Shown piece after piece: positions 42,932-52,137 of a stretch of 64,000 nt of DNA. Source of the DNA: a virus; IMG/VR virus record IMGVR_UViG_3300045135_000898, positions 1 to 64,000 of that record. One strand, 5' to 3'. Under the pieces are notes generated by a model. That model was given only the letters and a program-made list of their open reading frames with translations, searched no databases and was not told the DNA's origin. The first letter of the stretch is position 1. Each line of letters begins with the position of its first letter. A program made the translations under genes and the position numbers.

Positions 42932-43858
42932 TTACTGATTTTTATATGCGTATTCTATCGCGCGGTCGGCTTCCAACTCAAGTGGTCGGTTTTCGTACCA
43001 ATTACCAGTTTCCATATCTATTTCACGGGCAAGTTGAGCGATTTCTCGAGATGTAATTGGATAACCTGCATCGATAGCTTTATAAGCAATTGATACCATC
43101 ATCTTGTACATTCCGTGATACCAACCAGTGTCAGTGATATTACGATATGAATCAACGGCTACCTTAGATACAAACGGGCAATCATGATATGACTTCCAAG
43201 AAAACTTTGTATTTTCCATTGAGTCTTTACGATGCTGCACAATCATTTGTTGCATAGAGTCAGGTAGTCGTTCAAAGAATGATTTGCCGCTTTTCTTTAT
43301 CTCTATCGGATGCTTAGCAATAAGAGCATCAGGGTCAATATAAGACCCAGAATTGACGAAGATAAAATTGTTAGCACCATCATAATTCGCAGGCGTGTAG
43401 TACATTCGGCTAAGGTCTTTAGTTTGTCGATCTCCAACTGAGTCAAGCTCAGTGTTGAGAGCGTACCAAAACTGTTTGATTCGATCCGCCTTAACAGCTC
43501 CTTTAAGTGGAAAGACGAGTCTAAACTTCGGATGATCGACAGTACTGCTAGCAGTGCTATAACAAACGTAATACCAATCACCATACCTAGTACGTAATTC
43601 ATTTTCTAGATCTCCTTCAAATACGTGTTCGTCTACGTCGACTGCAGCCCAACGACCCCACTCGGTAACATTTCTGTTAGCACGAGTGGTACCGTCTTCG
43701 TAAACTGCTGGAGAGATGAGTTCAGCATCTTTCTTGTCTTTAATATCACGCTTAGACAATTTGAACAACAAGGCTTCAAATTCTTCCCAAGATTGGAAGG
43801 ACATGTTCTTGTTAGTCTTGTTATCATAGATGCTTTTAAAGACAGTCAAAGAGTACAT
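42932..43858 (-). CDS. AEP/PrimPol-like primase-family protein
   Basis: R-x-N-x-NV, AVDVD (DxD), YSTAS, PKFRLVFPL, D-x-x-TKDLSRMYY-x-P. Confidence 0.7.
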   Translation of the reverse strand: MYSLTVFKSIYDNKTNKNMSFQSWEEFEALLFKLSKRDIKDKKDAELISPAVYEDGTTRANRNVTEWGRWAAVDVDEHVFEGDLENELRTRYGDWYYVCYSTASSTVDHPKFRLVFPLKGAVKADRIKQFWYALNTELDSVGDRQTKDLSRMYYTPANYDGANNFIFVNSGSYIDPDALIAKHPIEIKKSGKSFFERLPDSMQQMIVQHRKDSMENTKFSWKSYHDCPFVSKVAVDSYRNITDTGWYHGMYKMMVSIAYKAIDAGYPITSREIAQLAREIDMETGNWYENRPLELEADRAIEYAYKNQ

Positions 43859-44259
43859 TACAGGTCTCCGTGATTTCCTTCATGCGATGGCGCCTGCCAT
43901 CCTTCAGGTTTAACAAGATCAGGCAGACCAAATGGATTTGGGCGACCTTCTTTAACACCAACGTTTTTAGATAGGTTAGCATGTAGGACTTCATCCCATG
44001 CTTGATTTGCATCAACGCCAAATACGTTGAGCGTGCCAATTGCAAATACGCAAAGGTCAATCAAACCATCAACGATTTCTTCAGGGTCTCCTGCGTCAAC
44101 CGCATCGTAAGTTTCGTATAGTTCTTCTTTACACATATCGATACGGAAACGAAGATACTTGGCCATCATTTCATGGTCATCTTTGTTTGCCTCAAACCAA
44201 TCATGTACGCCAAACTTGACGTGCATATTGTCGATATCTTTTACCCAGTTATTAGACAT
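43858..44259 (-). CDS. All-alpha NTP pyrophosphohydrolase (PRA-PH/MazG-like; candidate dCTPase/dUTPase)
   Basis: EEL-x-E, E-x-x-DGLIDL, V-x-x-AN-x-SK, KPEGW-x-AP. Confidence 0.8.
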   Translation of the reverse strand: MSNNWVKDIDNMHVKFGVHDWFEANKDDHEMMAKYLRFRIDMCKEELYETYDAVDAGDPEEIVDGLIDLCVFAIGTLNVFGVDANQAWDEVLHANLSKNVGVKEGRPNPFGLPDLVKPEGWQAPSHEGNHGDL

Positions 44260-44288
44260 AATGTTCTCCTTTCATAATTTAGAATACT

Positions 44289-44319
44289 ATTATAACACAC
44301 TTTTACTAGAAATGTAAAC
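44289..44319 (-). promoter_or_regulatory. Promoter
   Basis: TGTTTACA-N18-TATAAT. Confidence 0.6.
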
Positions 44320-44325
44320 ATGTTT

Positions 44326-45609
44326 TTAAAGTTTTTCACCGGCTTCAAATCCACGGAAACATTTAAAACGAGGGAAACGTAAGCTATAAGTACCATCTTG
44401 GTTTTGTGTAATGGCATCAGCTTTAATTTCCACGAGCTGACCGATTACTTCAGACTTGGAATTCCAAATGTTATCGCGGTCAGCATCAGTAAGGCCAGAG
44501 CCAACATTAACAGCGATTTCTCGACCAGTATCGGATCCTCGGCATACAAGCGCTCCAGTCGAACCCACATATTTACCAGTGCCTTCTTCAACATCGACGA
44601 CCTCCAAAGTTACTTCGATGACGGGTTTAATTTTTAACCATGATTTTGTTCGTTTGGTTTCATAAGGCGCTTCAGGGTCTTTAAGCATAATCCCTTCATA
44701 TCCACCTTCAATAGCTTTTGCATTAATTTCACGGAAGATACGTTGACCAATTTGAGTGTCGAGATCAACAGGAGTTTGCTGAACTACCTTAACACAATCT
44801 TCATCTTTGACTGTATTTTTAAGAATCTCAGAACGCACTCGTTGAGGAGCAGTATCGGTACCTTGACGGAATGAACGATACGAAACAATGTCGAACAAAT
44901 ACAAACAAGCATCATCGGTCTGAACATCGTCTTTACGGTGTACCTGCTTCATCAGATCCTGAAACGAAGAAGACATAACCTCGCCATCAAGAACGAACGG
45001 AGTATCAATAGCATATTTGGATAAGGCTTCTTCAATTTTAGGAAAGTTCGTTAGTCGTTTACCATTACGGCTATGCATATCAACACGGCCATCTGGATGA
45101 ACAATTGAGATTACACGTACACCATCAAGTTTAACCTCAACGTACTTCTCTCCACCGATTTTCTTTTCCTTTGCGCCATCCTTAGCAAGCTGACATGAAA
45201 AAACAGGTACAGCTTTATCGCCTGCTACTTTATTCCAAGTAGTCACGTTAACACCACAACGCATGTCTTTAAGTAATGCACGACGATAAAAGTTATTCCA
45301 ATCATCGGCATTTACAAGTTCAGCCACACGAGAGATTTCTTCGGCCGCAGCATTGCCTGTAAGAGTACGAGATGAAAGGTCGTTCATTAAAGACGTAACA
45401 TATTGAAGAGCATATTCTTCGTTAAGTCCTGCTGAATTGGTTGACTCAGGTACTTGTTTAACTCCGAATGTTTCATACGTGTCAAGTGCACGACGAAACA
45501 TTTCGACAAAACCAATAGGAGGATTGTTAATAGCCTGAGTAAGGATTGCTTCTTTGTCAAGCCTGGAGTTGGTTGACTCCAGACGTTTCATAATATTTGC
45601 CAATGACAT
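44326..45609 (-). CDS. 30: ATP-dependent DNA ligase
   Basis: KLDGVR, SRNGK, LDGE, LFD, EGIMLK, WLKIK, VGSG, SLRFPRF. Confidence 0.95.
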   Translation of the reverse strand: MSLANIMKRLESTNSRLDKEAILTQAINNPPIGFVEMFRRALDTYETFGVKQVPESTNSAGLNEEYALQYVTSLMNDLSSRTLTGNAAAEEISRVAELVNADDWNNFYRRALLKDMRCGVNVTTWNKVAGDKAVPVFSCQLAKDGAKEKKIGGEKYVEVKLDGVRVISIVHPDGRVDMHSRNGKRLTNFPKIEEALSKYAIDTPFVLDGEVMSSSFQDLMKQVHRKDDVQTDDACLYLFDIVSYRSFRQGTDTAPQRVRSEILKNTVKDEDCVKVVQQTPVDLDTQIGQRIFREINAKAIEGGYEGIMLKDPEAPYETKRTKSWLKIKPVIEVTLEVVDVEEGTGKYVGSTGALVCRGSDTGREIAVNVGSGLTDADRDNIWNSKSEVIGQLVEIKADAITQNQDGTYSLRFPRFKCFRGFEAGEKL

Positions 45610-45620
45610 TATATAATTCC

Positions 45621-46004
45621 TTAGAAGTGTGGATCGTAGTAGTATTCACGAGTACCGACAGACAGACCGCCATCACTGATCTTGATCCAACGACCTGTGT
45701 CAGGGTTAACGAATACTTTCTGAAAACCTGAAGAGCCGTCAGTTTTGAATCGGAAAGTATCGAAGTATTCGCTTGTGCCATCGACGATGTCAAAGTTACC
45801 TGAACGATCTTCGTGGTATTTCACTTCGTCACGGCGAACATCAAGGTAAGTGTAAGCACCTTTCTTGAATACGTTAACGATAGTGCCAGGATGACGGTCT
45901 GTCCAAGAAAGGAAGGTAGCATGTGTACCTACTTTAATTTCTGAAGTAACCGTGTTAGACATAAGGTGGTTAACCAATGAGCCAGTCTGAGTACCAAGTT
46001 TCAT
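45621..46004 (-). CDS. Hypothetical early protein
   Basis: WTDRHP...G-x-REYYYDP-x-F; promoter upstream. Confidence 0.7.
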   Translation of the reverse strand: MKLGTQTGSLVNHLMSNTVTSEIKVGTHATFLSWTDRHPGTIVNVFKKGAYTYLDVRRDEVKYHEDRSGNFDIVDGTSEYFDTFRFKTDGSSGFQKVFVNPDTGRWIKISDGGLSVGTREYYYDPHF

Positions 46005-46037
46005 AACGATGTTTCCTATTCATTAATTTATGGATCT

Positions 46038-46067
46038 ATTATACAAACTATTAATGAATGTGTAAAC
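46038..46067 (-). promoter_or_regulatory. Early promoter
   Basis: AAAAAAGTTGTTTACA-N17-TATAAT-AGATCCATAAAT. Confidence 0.8.
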
Positions 46068-46131
46068 AACTTTTTTCACAATTTTTAGATCAATTGTGAA
46101 TAAAAAGTGAGACTGTTAGAACGAAATGATA

Positions 46132-46362
46132 TTAGGCTTTTTTCCAAGTATACTCGACAAGACTGTTGTCTACAAAGATAGTCTCATCTTCAGTATTCTT
46201 AATTACCTTACGTACATCAAGTCGTTGGTGCTCATCTAGACGAAGGAAGTGTCCTTCAATGGGTGGTGAATCGTAATGATATTGATAAACATCATTTTCT
46301 TTCTTAATCGCTGTTGATTCGTGTGTCTCTATGTGTCGGTAATCGCTTTCGATTATGTACAT
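46132..46362 (-). CDS. Hypothetical protein
   Basis: ORF track. Confidence 0.55.
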   Translation of the reverse strand: MYIIESDYRHIETHESTAIKKENDVYQYHYDSPPIEGHFLRLDEHQRLDVRKVIKNTEDETIFVDNSLVEYTWKKA

Positions 46363-46503
46363 CTCAGTTCCTGCGTTAATAGTTAGTGTACATCGGTATT
46401 TATCAATGGTACACTCTTGACGCTATGACTTCTTGTATAGCATCATGGATTGCGTGCAGTTCCTGAATACTAATTTCCTCAAGAGGGATCTTTCCTTCAA
46501 GGA

Positions 46504-46764
46504 TCATTTGTACTCGTCCGGTATCAAGTCCGACCATTTCATCAACTTCTGTTTCTTCGCATCCGCGCATTCTGTTAGTTCCTCTTCTGTAATATAACCA
46601 TGCTCAATGAATAAGGCGAGCATACACGCGACGTCGCCTAATTCTTGTTTAAGATTTTCTTCGCTATCAGGAGAAAGGCCAAACCGTTTGATCTTAGACA
46701 TAATCATAATAAGTTCAGCGCATTCTTCTCCAGTGACAGTGAATAGTTCGTCTTCTAAGTTCAC
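46504..46764 (-). CDS. MazG-like pyrophosphatase
   Basis: EECAELI...SKI-x-RFG...L-x-QELGDV. Confidence 0.75.
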   Translation of the reverse strand: MNLEDELFTVTGEECAELIMIMSKIKRFGLSPDSEENLKQELGDVACMLALFIEHGYITEEELTECADAKKQKLMKWSDLIPDEYK

Positions 46765-49292
46765 CCAAAGAAATCCTCGAGGCTAACAACCTCTTCTGAT
46801 GTCCAACCGATTGCATCAAGAATTGGTGTAACCGCATCTAGGAATGTTTTGTTGAACATTGTTTCGTAATCGATGTACTTATGTAATTGCATTTCAACTG
46901 GAAGATAATCAGGAAACGAAATAACATTTTCACGAATAGGATTAGGTTTACGCAAGTAACAGAACTTGACTTTATCGCCATTCTGAATCTTTTCGTATGC
47001 TTTAAGACCTTTATCCTCAAGCGTGTTATTGTACATCAGTGCGCCACGAACATGAATAGGAGTACCTTTCTTGTACACCGTTTTATTGTCGCGCCACTTG
47101 ATTACATCGGATACCCCACGAGGAAATGATACGTCCTCAGGCGGCAACGTAGTAAAGTGATCTTTAAATTGCTGGATTGCTTTTTGAGTGTTAGACTCTG
47201 AACCTGTCATAATTACTTTGAACATATTCTTCATAGCAGAACGACATACTTCAGGAGTACTTGACTTAATAGCCTCGATACCCATGATCTTAAGTTTAGG
47301 TTCTTTGTACTCAACGCCTTCAGAGTTATGTACATTAAGAATATAACGTTTCTTAGCAGTCCATACACCTTTATCTGCAATGACCTCACGTTCCATAACC
47401 ATCTTCTGAGCATACGAATTCATATGTACAGCAAGTTCGTCGTAAGACTTTGCGATCATTGGTTCAAATTGGTCAGAGACCATCTTATCAACCAAATCAA
47501 CTACTTCTTTGATTGGTTTTTTGTCGAAGCCAAGCTTTTTAACCAAAGGACCAAAGTTAACGTAGTTAGAGTCAGTATCAATAGCGATGACATAATCAAA
47601 TTTGTTTGTACCACATATCTTGTTCATAAAACCGTTAAACGAGTGTTCAGCCCAACGAATAGCAAGCTGACCTGTAAGCGTAATACCTTCGGCGACACGA
47701 AGATCGTAATAACGGAACCAACGGTTACCCATCGCACCATATAATGAGTTCATCAAGATCTTGGCAGCCATTTGTTGGTTATCCAAAGTTGCTACTTGTT
47801 TTTCCAACTTATAAACTTCAATCTTGTTTGACTTATCAACGTTCACCAATTCTTGTTGAGCAGCTAGCATCTTTTTCTTAGTTGCTTTACGCTCAGCATA
47901 AATGGTTTCGATGATTCCTGGAATAACTCCTTGCTTGTCTTTGCGATACAGTGTACCGTTAGCTGCCATAGCATATTCGTCAGGTCTAGGATTACTAGGA
48001 TTAGTGCGAGTAAGACAGTTATCAACATTAACGCCTGGGACTACGTCATTTACGATAGTTTCAGGAGACATGTTACATTGCATAATGATGTGTGGGTATA
48101 GTGAGTTCAAGTCGAACGAAACTACCCAGTCATGCATACCAACTTGTGGAGCTTTAACGTAACCACCTGCAAAGTCAGACTTCATCTTGTCTTCGTTAGG
48201 AGGTACGACTACACCTTTATCATGTAGGTCACGGTATAGAATAGAATCCCAAATCGCGGTTGTACCTAATGTGTCACCATAATTGACACCACCGCGGTAC
48301 GCAAGTGTCATAGCTAAGTTAATCAGACCAAGCTTGTCATCAAGTCGGTAAACAATGCCAACGTCTTTGATGTTATAGTCACCAAACTTTTGAGGATCCT
48401 TTTCATATAGATCCTGGAGGTCTTTGTACTCTTCGTAAGACAATTTCTTTTCACCAAGTTCGACGTGTGCGATGTGGTCAAGCTTGTACGATTCCTGAGC
48501 CGTGTAAGTAAACTTTTTGTAAAGTTCAATGTAGTCAAGTTCAGTTACACCAAGGATTTCGTAAAACATTTGTTCACGACCATTTACCTTAATGTTGCGT
48601 TGATTGACCTTACCCCAAGGAGATAACTTCTGAGCAAAGTCTTCACCTAGCAAACGGAGGATACGATTAATGACATACGGCGTATCGAAGAAACGACAGT
48701 TCCAGCCTGAAATGATATCAGGCGTATTAACCGGAGATGACCACCAACCTACGAATGCTGAAAGCAAGTTAGCTTCAGTTTCGCAATAAAAGTATTCAAC
48801 ATCCATACCTTCAAGATCAAGCTCAGTCTTAGACTTATCCCATTCTTTTAAGTACCAAAGGTAATACTTGTTTTCTTGGTTATTGCGGTATGCGATAGCG
48901 TTGATAGGGTTAAGAGCTTCAGATGGATCAGAGTAACCATCTTCAGTTTTCATAACCTCGATATCGTAAAAGCCAACGTTCACGGTGTCAGGATCAAACT
49001 CGATATGACCTGGGAAACGTTCTTGTAGATGCTGAACAACATAGTTGGTGTTACCGTACACCTTGAAGTTAGGCATATCTTTGTAACGCTCGATGAAGTC
49101 TTTAGCTTCACGCATGTCATCCAATTGGATAGACGAAACCCTTACGCCGTCAAGCGCAAAGGTTTCCGATTTTGGATCCGGCACGAATAGTGTCGGTTTG
49201 AAACGAACCTTCTCATGGACCCGATGGCCATTCTTATAGCCGCGGTAAAGAAGGTTGTTTCCATAACGTATAACTGATGTGTAAAATTCCAA
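46761..49292 (-). CDS. 43: Family B DNA polymerase
   Basis: YDIEV (ExoI), GWN-x-x-x-FD, YNIKDV, SFDLNSLYP, KILMNSLYG, DTDS, KKRY, KIMGIE; uninterrupted. Confidence 0.97.
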   Translation of the reverse strand: MEFYTSVIRYGNNLLYRGYKNGHRVHEKVRFKPTLFVPDPKSETFALDGVRVSSIQLDDMREAKDFIERYKDMPNFKVYGNTNYVVQHLQERFPGHIEFDPDTVNVGFYDIEVMKTEDGYSDPSEALNPINAIAYRNNQENKYYLWYLKEWDKSKTELDLEGMDVEYFYCETEANLLSAFVGWWSSPVNTPDIISGWNCRFFDTPYVINRILRLLGEDFAQKLSPWGKVNQRNIKVNGREQMFYEILGVTELDYIELYKKFTYTAQESYKLDHIAHVELGEKKLSYEEYKDLQDLYEKDPQKFGDYNIKDVGIVYRLDDKLGLINLAMTLAYRGGVNYGDTLGTTAIWDSILYRDLHDKGVVVPPNEDKMKSDFAGGYVKAPQVGMHDWVVSFDLNSLYPHIIMQCNMSPETIVNDVVPGVNVDNCLTRTNPSNPRPDEYAMAANGTLYRKDKQGVIPGIIETIYAERKATKKKMLAAQQELVNVDKSNKIEVYKLEKQVATLDNQQMAAKILMNSLYGAMGNRWFRYYDLRVAEGITLTGQLAIRWAEHSFNGFMNKICGTNKFDYVIAIDTDSNYVNFGPLVKKLGFDKKPIKEVVDLVDKMVSDQFEPMIAKSYDELAVHMNSYAQKMVMEREVIADKGVWTAKKRYILNVHNSEGVEYKEPKLKIMGIEAIKSSTPEVCRSAMKNMFKVIMTGSESNTQKAIQQFKDHFTTLPPEDVSFPRGVSDVIKWRDNKTVYKKGTPIHVRGALMYNNTLEDKGLKAYEKIQNGDKVKFCYLRKPNPIRENVISFPDYLPVEMQLHKYIDYETMFNKTFLDAVTPILDAIGWTSEEVVSLEDFFG

Positions 49293-49317
49293 AGCTTACC
49301 TCCATAACAATAGTACA

Positions 49318-49349
49318 ATTATATCAAAGGATGAGGCTGATGTATATAG
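49318..49349 (-). promoter_or_regulatory. gp43 promoter (TATACA -35 variant)
   Basis: CTATATACA-N17-TATAAT. Confidence 0.55.
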
Positions 49350-49351
49350 TT

Positions 49352-49639
49352 TTACACAATTATTTTCTGGTCTGGTACCACGATCTGAGATGGGTTAACG
49401 GCTTCAACGTACTGTTTAGCCATTTCTTCAACTGGGTTGATAACGAACATGATTGCATCAGTTTTAACAGTAACTGAATCGTCTGCGTTATACGGCATCC
49501 AAGAAGCAAACGTTAGACGACCTTCTTGCATAGGAATTAGTAGGAGTGGGTTTTTCAAAGTTACAGATGAACCTTCCTGGGTTACTTCTGCGATTACTTC
49601 TTCACCTGTGGTTAGGCGTGTGATCTGTACTGTAGACAT
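49352..49639 (-). CDS. Conserved T4-like hypothetical protein (Sm-like beta protein)
   Basis: RL-x-TGEEVI...L-x-NP...W-x-PY. Confidence 0.75.
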   Translation of the reverse strand: MSTVQITRLTTGEEVIAEVTQEGSSVTLKNPLLLIPMQEGRLTFASWMPYNADDSVTVKTDAIMFVINPVEEMAKQYVEAVNPSQIVVPDQKIIV

Positions 49640-49742
49640 AATATATCCTCAAGATAAAATAGAGGCCGACCAATTCGACCTCTGTGCATTATTTATTTAC
49701 CAAACAATTCATCATATTCTTCGTTGGTATAAGGCCACATAA

Positions 49743-49964
49743 TTAGTCCTTTTTAGAAACGAATGAATATAGTTCTTTTGCCTTTTCAGTAAGCTCGTCC
49801 ATGCTGTATGGTTTCATAGCTTCCTGTAGTTCTTCAGCCGTTTTCTTACCTTCTTCAAACATCTTCTGAGTGAACTCCATGTTCATCGTCCAAGCGTTAT
49901 CAAGGTAATCTTTAGCCATTGCTAGCATTTCTGTACGGATTTCGAAAGGGTTTTTATTAGACAT
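49743..49964 (-). CDS. Conserved hypothetical protein
   Basis: KNPFEIR-x-EML-x-MAK...A-x-ELY-x-FV. Confidence 0.75.
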   Translation of the reverse strand: MSNKNPFEIRTEMLAMAKDYLDNAWTMNMEFTQKMFEEGKKTAEELQEAMKPYSMDELTEKAKELYSFVSKKD

Positions 49965-49998
49965 GTATAATCTCCTGTGTGTGTATGTGTTATAGAAA

Positions 49999-50196
49999 TT
50001 AAATAGCGGCGATTTCGTCGAATTTAATTTCTTTCTTGCTAAGGATTGCTTTCTTCAATGAGTATTCACTTACATTGCGAAAGTCCTTATTCTGTGTAAC
50101 AAGGTAGCGAGCAAGTTCTGCTGCAGCTTGTTCTTCACGAACTCGGATCATGCGGATCATTGCTCGCTTTAAAGCACGTTTAACTTTTCGTAACAT
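49999..50196 (-). CDS. Small basic hypothetical protein
   Basis: ORF track; late promoter at 50230-50237. Confidence 0.65.
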   Translation of the reverse strand: MLRKVKRALKRAMIRMIRVREEQAAAELARYLVTQNKDFRNVSEYSLKKAILSKKEIKFDEIAAI

Positions 50197-50229
50197 TTTC
50201 TTTTCCTGTGTGAGTGTCAGTTACGAAGT

Positions 50230-50237
50230 TATTTATA
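50230..50237 (-). promoter_or_regulatory. Late promoter TATAAATA
   Basis: Exact octamer upstream of 50196. Confidence 0.65.
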
Positions 50238-50257
50238 CTTTAGTGTACGATTTTTAG

Positions 50258-50347
50258 GTAACTCGGCCGAGTATATTTATTAACCTTATGGTTAACTTTT
50301 ATTAACTCATTGGCCGAGTTAACTATATGGTTAACCTATTCGGCTAA
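50258..50347. repeat. Cluster of short palindromic TAAC...GTTA / TAACTC...GGCCGAG units
   Basis: taactcggccgagta, ttaaccttatggttaac, taactcattggccgagttaac, ttaactatatggttaac, taacctattcggctaa. Confidence 0.55.
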
Positions 50348-50770
50348 GTATTGTTGCTCTTTACTCCGACCAATAGGAATCATCTTAGGACGTTTCTCTT
50401 CAGGAATGATTTCTTGTAGAGAGATGCTAAGAATACCGTCTTCCATAGATGCGCCCATAACTTCGATGTTCTCAGAAATGGTAAATGATTTACGGAATTT
50501 TTTGGCAGAGATACCCTTATGAAGGAACGTCATAGAATCATCAGATGTAGTGTAGTTTTCTACAGTCTGAACCGTAAGTACGCCTTTCTCAAGTTTAATC
50601 TCGACGTCGTCTTGATTATAACCAGCAAGTGCCAGTTCAAGAAGGTACTCAGAATCAGTAATCTTGATGATGTTATGAGGTGGAAAAGATACTTGTTTGG
50701 CGGTGTTCATTCGCTCAAGTTCATTGAACAAACGGTCAAAGCCAACAAATGAAGGGTGTTGTAGAGTCAT
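50336..50770 (-). CDS. hsp20: Small heat-shock protein (Hsp20, IbpA-like)
   Basis: VGFDRLF, FPPHNI, ELALAGY, LHKGIS-x-x-x-F-x-x-SF, A-x-MEDGIL-x-I, IPEEKRP-x-x-I-x-I. Confidence 0.95.
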   Translation of the reverse strand: MTLQHPSFVGFDRLFNELERMNTAKQVSFPPHNIIKITDSEYLLELALAGYNQDDVEIKLEKGVLTVQTVENYTTSDDSMTFLHKGISAKKFRKSFTISENIEVMGASMEDGILSISLQEIIPEEKRPKMIPIGRSKEQQYLAE

Positions 50771-50777
50771 AGTTGTT

Positions 50778-50829
50778 TCTCCTATTTAAAGCAAGAATTA
50801 AATTGCGGACCAGATTATTCTGCATCCGC
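50778..50829 (-). promoter_or_regulatory. ROSE-like RNA thermometer in the hsp20 leader
   Basis: UCUUGCU-UUAAAU-AGGAGA hairpin with bulged G opposite the SD, preceded by a GCGGA/UCCGC hairpin. Confidence 0.7.
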
Positions 50830-50832
50830 TAT

Positions 50833-50840
50833 TATTTATA
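50833..50840 (-). promoter_or_regulatory. Late promoter TATAAATA for hsp20
   Basis: Exact octamer immediately upstream of the leader hairpins. Confidence 0.75.
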
Positions 50841-50845
50841 CAAGT

Positions 50846-51850
50846 TTATGGATTTATATCACTAACTTGTACATTTTCAAATGCTGAAACTGAGTTAGTA
50901 GAACTCAATCCAGCTATTGGACCGCTAGCGGTCCATTGTTTTTCTTCTGTAGTATAAATTACTTGGCTACTAAAAGTAGCCGTAAGATTATAAGTTAATA
51001 ATCCACCGGAATTTGTAATGGTGCCAGTTGTTGATCCATCAGGACCATTGGACCAAGCAGGTACCGTTTGACCATCTTCTACCCCATCAAACATTATTGG
51101 GCCGAGGTCCCATGTAAACCCAGGAATCACCCCTGTGGTACGAGGTTCAGTCGTTATATTTAGTACGACAGAAGAACTCATGTTTAACCATGCGTGCCAA
51201 TCTAAAGCATTCCTAAGATCTGAGCTACGAGTGATTAGATTAGGATCAATGAAAATCTTAGGTTTATATTGTGCAATATTTTTTGGATCGCCATTATCAA
51301 ACCATTCAACAAACCAGTCTGGGAAATGAGTCTTTGGGTCAAAGTCGTAAGCTGTGCCGCCAGTCCAAGTTACCTCTCCAGTAACTGGATCAACTTCCCA
51401 TGTTGCACGTCCGAGTGTTACGGACCACGCCCAACCATCTGTTAGAGTTGAACCTAAGTAACCAATCCAATCTGAAGATGTTTTCATTTGGCCAGGTGCT
51501 GTTGCTCTGAATTCAGTGGCAACACCGTAGTCATCATACCAAAGACCGCCTTCGAACTTTCCGTTTGTGTTTAATGTTGAATCATAATTATTGATCTTTT
51601 CTAAGATTTTATTTTGCATCCAAACATGCATATTGTTTGTAGCATAATCAATCAGCTGAGCTTCTTCTGTTCCGGTGTCACGGGTTAAAGCTTCAACAAA
51701 TACCTTTGCTGCAGCATAAAAGTTCATCGGATTAAGAGTGAAATCGCCTAATCCGTTTGAAACTTTTGGTGCAGCTGCGTGAGCAAACCCTTCATTGTAA
51801 TTGACAGCCGTTAGGGTTTCAGTAAGTGCTGAAGATTTCATTCCCATCAT
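50846..51850 (-). CDS. Hypothetical late protein, Thr/Gly/Trp-rich
   Basis: ORF track; own late promoter at 51875-51882. Confidence 0.7.
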   Translation of the reverse strand: MMGMKSSALTETLTAVNYNEGFAHAAAPKVSNGLGDFTLNPMNFYAAAKVFVEALTRDTGTEEAQLIDYATNNMHVWMQNKILEKINNYDSTLNTNGKFEGGLWYDDYGVATEFRATAPGQMKTSSDWIGYLGSTLTDGWAWSVTLGRATWEVDPVTGEVTWTGGTAYDFDPKTHFPDWFVEWFDNGDPKNIAQYKPKIFIDPNLITRSSDLRNALDWHAWLNMSSSVVLNITTEPRTTGVIPGFTWDLGPIMFDGVEDGQTVPAWSNGPDGSTTGTITNSGGLLTYNLTATFSSQVIYTTEEKQWTASGPIAGLSSTNSVSAFENVQVSDINP

Positions 51851-51874
51851 TAAATCCTACTTAATATTTAAGTA

Positions 51875-51882
51875 TATTTATA
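51875..51882 (-). promoter_or_regulatory. Late promoter TATAAATA
   Basis: Exact octamer upstream of 51850. Confidence 0.7.
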
Positions 51883-51884
51883 CA

Positions 51885-52136
51885 TCAATCGATGTAAGCG
51901 AGAATAAATTTCTCACTAATGATGGCACCTTTAGTACCTTCGTGTGTTACAGGAGCAGCTTCACCCCATTTAACGTAACACTTTAGTCCAGGTTTTGCTT
52001 CAGCTTCTGGACCTGCTGCTAGGATCACCGCTGGCTTAATGCCAGTCTCAACTTCGCCGGTTAGGATAATTCCTGCCTTTGTAGTTGATTCACGTTGAAC
52101 CTCAGTAACGAAAAGATTATCATATGTTGGTTTCAT
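51885..52136 (-). CDS. GroES-like co-chaperonin
   Basis: KP-x-x-D, TT-x-AGIILT mobile loop, V-x-A-x-GP, E-x-x-ILA. Confidence 0.85.
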   Translation of the reverse strand: MKPTYDNLFVTEVQRESTTKAGIILTGEVETGIKPAVILAAGPEAEAKPGLKCYVKWGEAAPVTHEGTKGAIISEKFILAYID

Positions 52137-52137
52137 T

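Noticed and set aside
17271-49292. Introns, inteins or split genes in nrdA, nrdB, thyX, 41, uvsX and 43
   Set aside because: All are normal-length, uninterrupted ORFs
50279-50336. CtrA boxes (TTAA-N7-TTAAC)
   Set aside because: Spacings counted are N8 and N6, not N7
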